Assembly: GCA_013336275.1 (NCBI GenBank)
Contig: JAAXUA010000001.1
Span: 14,167-78,166 of the forward strand
Direction of reading: 5' to 3'
DNA: 64,000 nucleotides
Source: Candidatus Falkowbacteria bacterium
GTDB taxonomy: Bacteria > Patescibacteriota > Patescibacteriia > Patescibacteriales > GWE2-39-37
The notes under the pieces were generated by a model. It saw nothing but the letters and a program-made list of their open reading frames with translations. It made no database searches and had not been told where the DNA came from. Every line of letters begins with the position of its first letter. Positions within the stretch are counted from its first letter, which is position 1. Both the position numbers and the translations under genes were made by a program. Shown here piece by piece: positions 61,320-64,000 of the stretch.

Positions 61320-61961
61320 ATGAGAAGAACATCCGCTAGACAGGTAATCGATTTCTTATCTTTCCCATTCAGGGCGCCGTTGCTCATCGAGGATGATTTT
61401 TGGTGCTTTTCCTCGATCATGACGGAGAGATATGATTACGTCGCCCGGGAGGTCAGGGGCAACTGTTTGGACGTCGGCTGCGGCAAGTTCAATAAATTCA
61501 TCGTGCAATTCCTGGACGGAAAGGGTGTCGGCATCGATGTCTTCAAATATGAAGGGTTGACCGACGAGAATGTCGTGGCCGACCTGACCAGTCTGCCATA
61601 TCCTGACGGCACCTTTGACAGCGTGACTTTCATCGCCAACATCAACCATGTCCCGCTGCGTGACCGTGACAAGGAGCTGTCAGAGGCTTACCGTTGTTTG
61701 GCGCCTGGCGGCAATATCATCATCACTATGGGCAACCCGTTGGCGGAAATTCTGGCGCACAAGGTCGTCCATCTGCGCGACAAGATATTCGGATCGACTT
61801 GCGATGTTGATTCGATCAGAGGTATGGATGAGGAAGAGGAATATTATCTTTTGGATAAGGAAATCATCGAAAGGATGGAGAAGGCGGGCTTTACCAAGAT
61901 CAAGAAAAAATATTTCTTGACCCAGTGGGGCTTAAATCACATGTTCATCGGCTGGAAGTGA
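61320..61961 (+). CDS. Class I SAM-dependent methyltransferase
   Basis: CLDVGCGKF, FDSVTFIANINHV, LAPGGNIIIT. Confidence 0.75.
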   Translation: MRRTSARQVIDFLSFPFRAPLLIEDDFWCFSSIMTERYDYVAREVRGNCLDVGCGKFNKFIVQFLDGKGVGIDVFKYEGLTDENVVADLTSLPYPDGTFDSVTFIANINHVPLRDRDKELSEAYRCLAPGGNIIITMGNPLAEILAHKVVHLRDKIFGSTCDVDSIRGMDEEEEYYLLDKEIIERMEKAGFTKIKKKYFLTQWGLNHMFIGWK

Positions 61962-63068
61962 TTAATCAGTAAAGAGGTTGGCGTATATGGCTGCCCATCG
62001 GCTGGCGCAGCTGACAATCGAATATTTTTGAGCGTCGATCCGCGTGGCTTCGCCATAAGTTTGGCGCAGCCTGGCGTTTCGGTAGAGTTCAGACATTGCA
62101 TCGGCGATGGCGGCTTCACTTTCGGGCGGGATCAGTATCCCGCTTTTTTGATTACTGATCAGTTCGGCGTTAGAAGGGATGTCAGAGGCGACTATTGGCA
62201 GACCGGCGGCCATGGCCTCGATCAGGGCCACTGACATGCCTTCGTAGAACGAGGGCGAAATGAAAACATCAAGAGAGGCGAGTAACATCGGAATATCGTT
62301 CCGTCTGCCCATGAACGCTATCTGATCAGTTATCCCAAGCTCCTCCGCTTGCAGTTTCAAATTGGCCATCTCTTCGCCGTCGCCGATCAGTAAGACCTTA
62401 AGACGGGGAATGCTGCCATTGAGTCTGGCCACCGCAGCCAACAGGGTTCTATGATTGCGTTCGGCCTTGAGCCGGCCGACGTAGCCGACAAGAAAATCAT
62501 CAGCCGCCAAACCGAGGGTCTGTCTCGCCTCCGGCTTGCCCGGCAAGCTGGTGAACTTTTCCAGATTTATGCCGTTGGGGATGACGGATATTTTTTCCGA
62601 TGCAATATCAGTCTTGGCCAGATATTTTTCCTTGACCGGAGTGGCGACCGCGACATAGTGGTCGACTAGCGAGCGGGTAATATTTTCGACAAAGAAGAAT
62701 TTATCATATTTCGGCTGGTCCAATACTGACTCGAGATGGCAGACTATTCTTTTTACTCCGAAAAGGCGGCCGAAAAGGCGGCCGAAAATGTCGGCATGGA
62801 TCAACCGGGTAGCGACCAGGTCCGGCTTTTCAGTTTTGACTATTCTGCGGAACTTTAAAATCGAGGCAGGGGAGAATTTTTTGCCGCCGCCAAGGCAATA
62901 GACCTTGAACCCGGCCGACTCCAGCTTGACGCCGAGCTGTCCCATGTCTGAAAGCGAGCAGACGGCATGATCGAAGCCAGGCAGCTTGGGCAAGGTCTCG
63001 GTAAGCATGACTTCCGCACCTCCGATATCGAGGCCGGTAATGAGATGGAGTATCTTAATTCTTGCCAT
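61962..63068 (-). CDS. Glycosyltransferase family 4
   Basis: MARIKILHLITGLDIGGAE N-terminus and EGMSVALIEAMAAGLPIVASDIPSNAELI. Confidence 0.85.
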   Translation of the reverse strand: MARIKILHLITGLDIGGAEVMLTETLPKLPGFDHAVCSLSDMGQLGVKLESAGFKVYCLGGGKKFSPASILKFRRIVKTEKPDLVATRLIHADIFGRLFGRLFGVKRIVCHLESVLDQPKYDKFFFVENITRSLVDHYVAVATPVKEKYLAKTDIASEKISVIPNGINLEKFTSLPGKPEARQTLGLAADDFLVGYVGRLKAERNHRTLLAAVARLNGSIPRLKVLLIGDGEEMANLKLQAEELGITDQIAFMGRRNDIPMLLASLDVFISPSFYEGMSVALIEAMAAGLPIVASDIPSNAELISNQKSGILIPPESEAAIADAMSELYRNARLRQTYGEATRIDAQKYSIVSCASRWAAIYANLFTD

Positions 63069-64000
63069 TTTGATAGTATTCTAAGTGCTTTGAACCCATG
63101 CGCTCAGCCGTGAAATCATCTTTAGCATAAGCTGCTGGTACCTGAGTTTCGAGCGCAGCGATTTTCTCAAGGAATTCAGCCGCGTTGCCGAGATCGTAAA
63201 GGTGGCTTGGACCGACAAGTTCTTCGTTGCCTCCGACCTTGCTGGCCAAGATGTTGACACCAGCGAACATGGCCTCCATCAAGCTTATGGACAGCCCTTC
63301 GTAGCGCGAGGGCAGGACGAATAAGTCGAAAGCTTTGACGTAGACACTGGCGTTATCGACTCCTTCGAGAATATGGATATGCTTGCTGAGGTTCAGACGA
63401 GTGACAAGTTCCGAATATTTTTCTTTTTCCGGACCAGAGCCGATGATGATGGCGGCTGCATCGGGCCGCATTTTCAGGACTTCTGGGAAAATATCGATGA
63501 GGAATTCGTAATTCTTCTGATAGGCCAACCTTCCGATCGAACCGATCAAGTATTTTTGGCCGATCTCCGGGAGGTCAAGCATCTGTGATAGGAGAGTTCT
63601 GGCTTCATTCCGTTCAAGGTAGGATAGCGTCTCTGCGGCCAGCCCGTTATGGATAATTTCACCGCCCTTGATGATCCGGTCAGCTGTCAGCTGGTCGCGG
63701 TCGGCGCGACAGATGACGATATCGCGATCAATGAATTTTAAGAAAAATTTGAAATACTGGGCGTAAAATGATTTTTTAAGTCGGCTGCCGTAATTTTTGT
63801 CCAGCACCGACAGGCCGTGGAAGGTGAAAGCGGTTACTGCTCGGTTGCGAGACAGCTTAGCGCCCATCCCGCCCGCCAGAGCATTGGAGCTGTGGAAGTG
63901 GATGACGTCGAAAGCAAATTTGTCCTGCAAGCGCTTGATTTCGTAAATGAATGAGATTATTTTCAGGGGGTTCGAGGTGCGTTCAAGCGACCCCAAGTCC
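63055..64000 (-). CDS. Glycosyltransferase family 4 (N-terminus beyond window end)
   Basis: EGLSISLMEAMFAGVNILASKVGGNEELV. The frame remains open to position 64000, and the usual ~60-aa N-terminal GT-B segment is missing. Confidence 0.85.
   Translation of the reverse strand, partial: DLGSLERTSNPLKIISFIYEIKRLQDKFAFDVIHFHSSNALAGGMGAKLSRNRAVTAFTFHGLSVLDKNYGSRLKKSFYAQYFKFFLKFIDRDIVICRADRDQLTADRIIKGGEIIHNGLAAETLSYLERNEARTLLSQMLDLPEIGQKYLIGSIGRLAYQKNYEFLIDIFPEVLKMRPDAAAIIIGSGPEKEKYSELVTRLNLSKHIHILEGVDNASVYVKAFDLFVLPSRYEGLSISLMEAMFAGVNILASKVGGNEELVGPSHLYDLGNAAEFLEKIAALETQVPAAYAKDDFTAERMGSKHLEYYQNGKN

Overview
All calls come from reading the sequence and the ORF track. No BLAST, HMM or RNA-folding run was possible, so family assignments rest on motifs I recognise. 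The window is almost fully coding. Its gene content resembles a small-genome, surface-decorated bacterium such as a Candidate Phyla Radiation/Patescibacteria lineage, but that placement is inference only. Layout, left to right: (1) The 3' end of trpS, then ddl. (2) An NrtR-headed, co-directional NAD salvage and recycling supercluster at 1.8-13.7 kb. It holds nadM-Nudix, pncA, an ADP-ribosylglycohydrolase, pncB, nadK, a divergent prs-like gene, a degenerate Nudix, a CN-hydrolase/NadE/NadD triple fusion and a uridine-kinase/NRK-like kinase. Two candidate NrtR operators (TTAGTGT-N7-ACAnTAA) lie upstream. (3) Directly contiguous on the same strand, an uncharacterised ~10-kb island (13.76-23.5 kb) with mirror-like order. 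The order is kinase-like, vWA, pyruvate-kinase-like barrel, adenylosuccinate-synthetase-like, unknown monocistronic gene, vWA, Ser/Thr-kinase fused to an NMNAT-like nucleotidyltransferase. This is my best candidate for an undescribed system: a nucleotide/NAD-linked biosynthetic or signalling module. (4) An MFS transporter behind an ECF-type promoter, a possible leaderless 42-codon ORF and a leader terminator. (5) An HTH gene, a 600-bp non-coding gap, and a leaderless autoregulated ECF sigma with a membrane partner. (6) An S-layer-like gene with a ~300-nt structured leader, followed by two paralogous modules, each a giant secreted multidomain protein plus a TM-anchored thrombospondin-type-3 Ca-repeat protein. 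(7) A glycan or glycoprotein biosynthesis cluster of more than 22 kb, rich in SAM methyltransferases, GT2/GT4/GT-C enzymes and fusions. Sequence-level oddities: a twice-occurring long hairpin with a conserved 37-nt core and fully different compensatory stems; Shine-Dalgarno sites confined to the 2.8-25 kb block; strong U-tract-less intercistronic hairpins; a G8 tract in an O-acyltransferase; and a 12-nt in-frame tandem repeat. No CRISPR array, rRNA, intact tRNA, transposase or integrase was seen.
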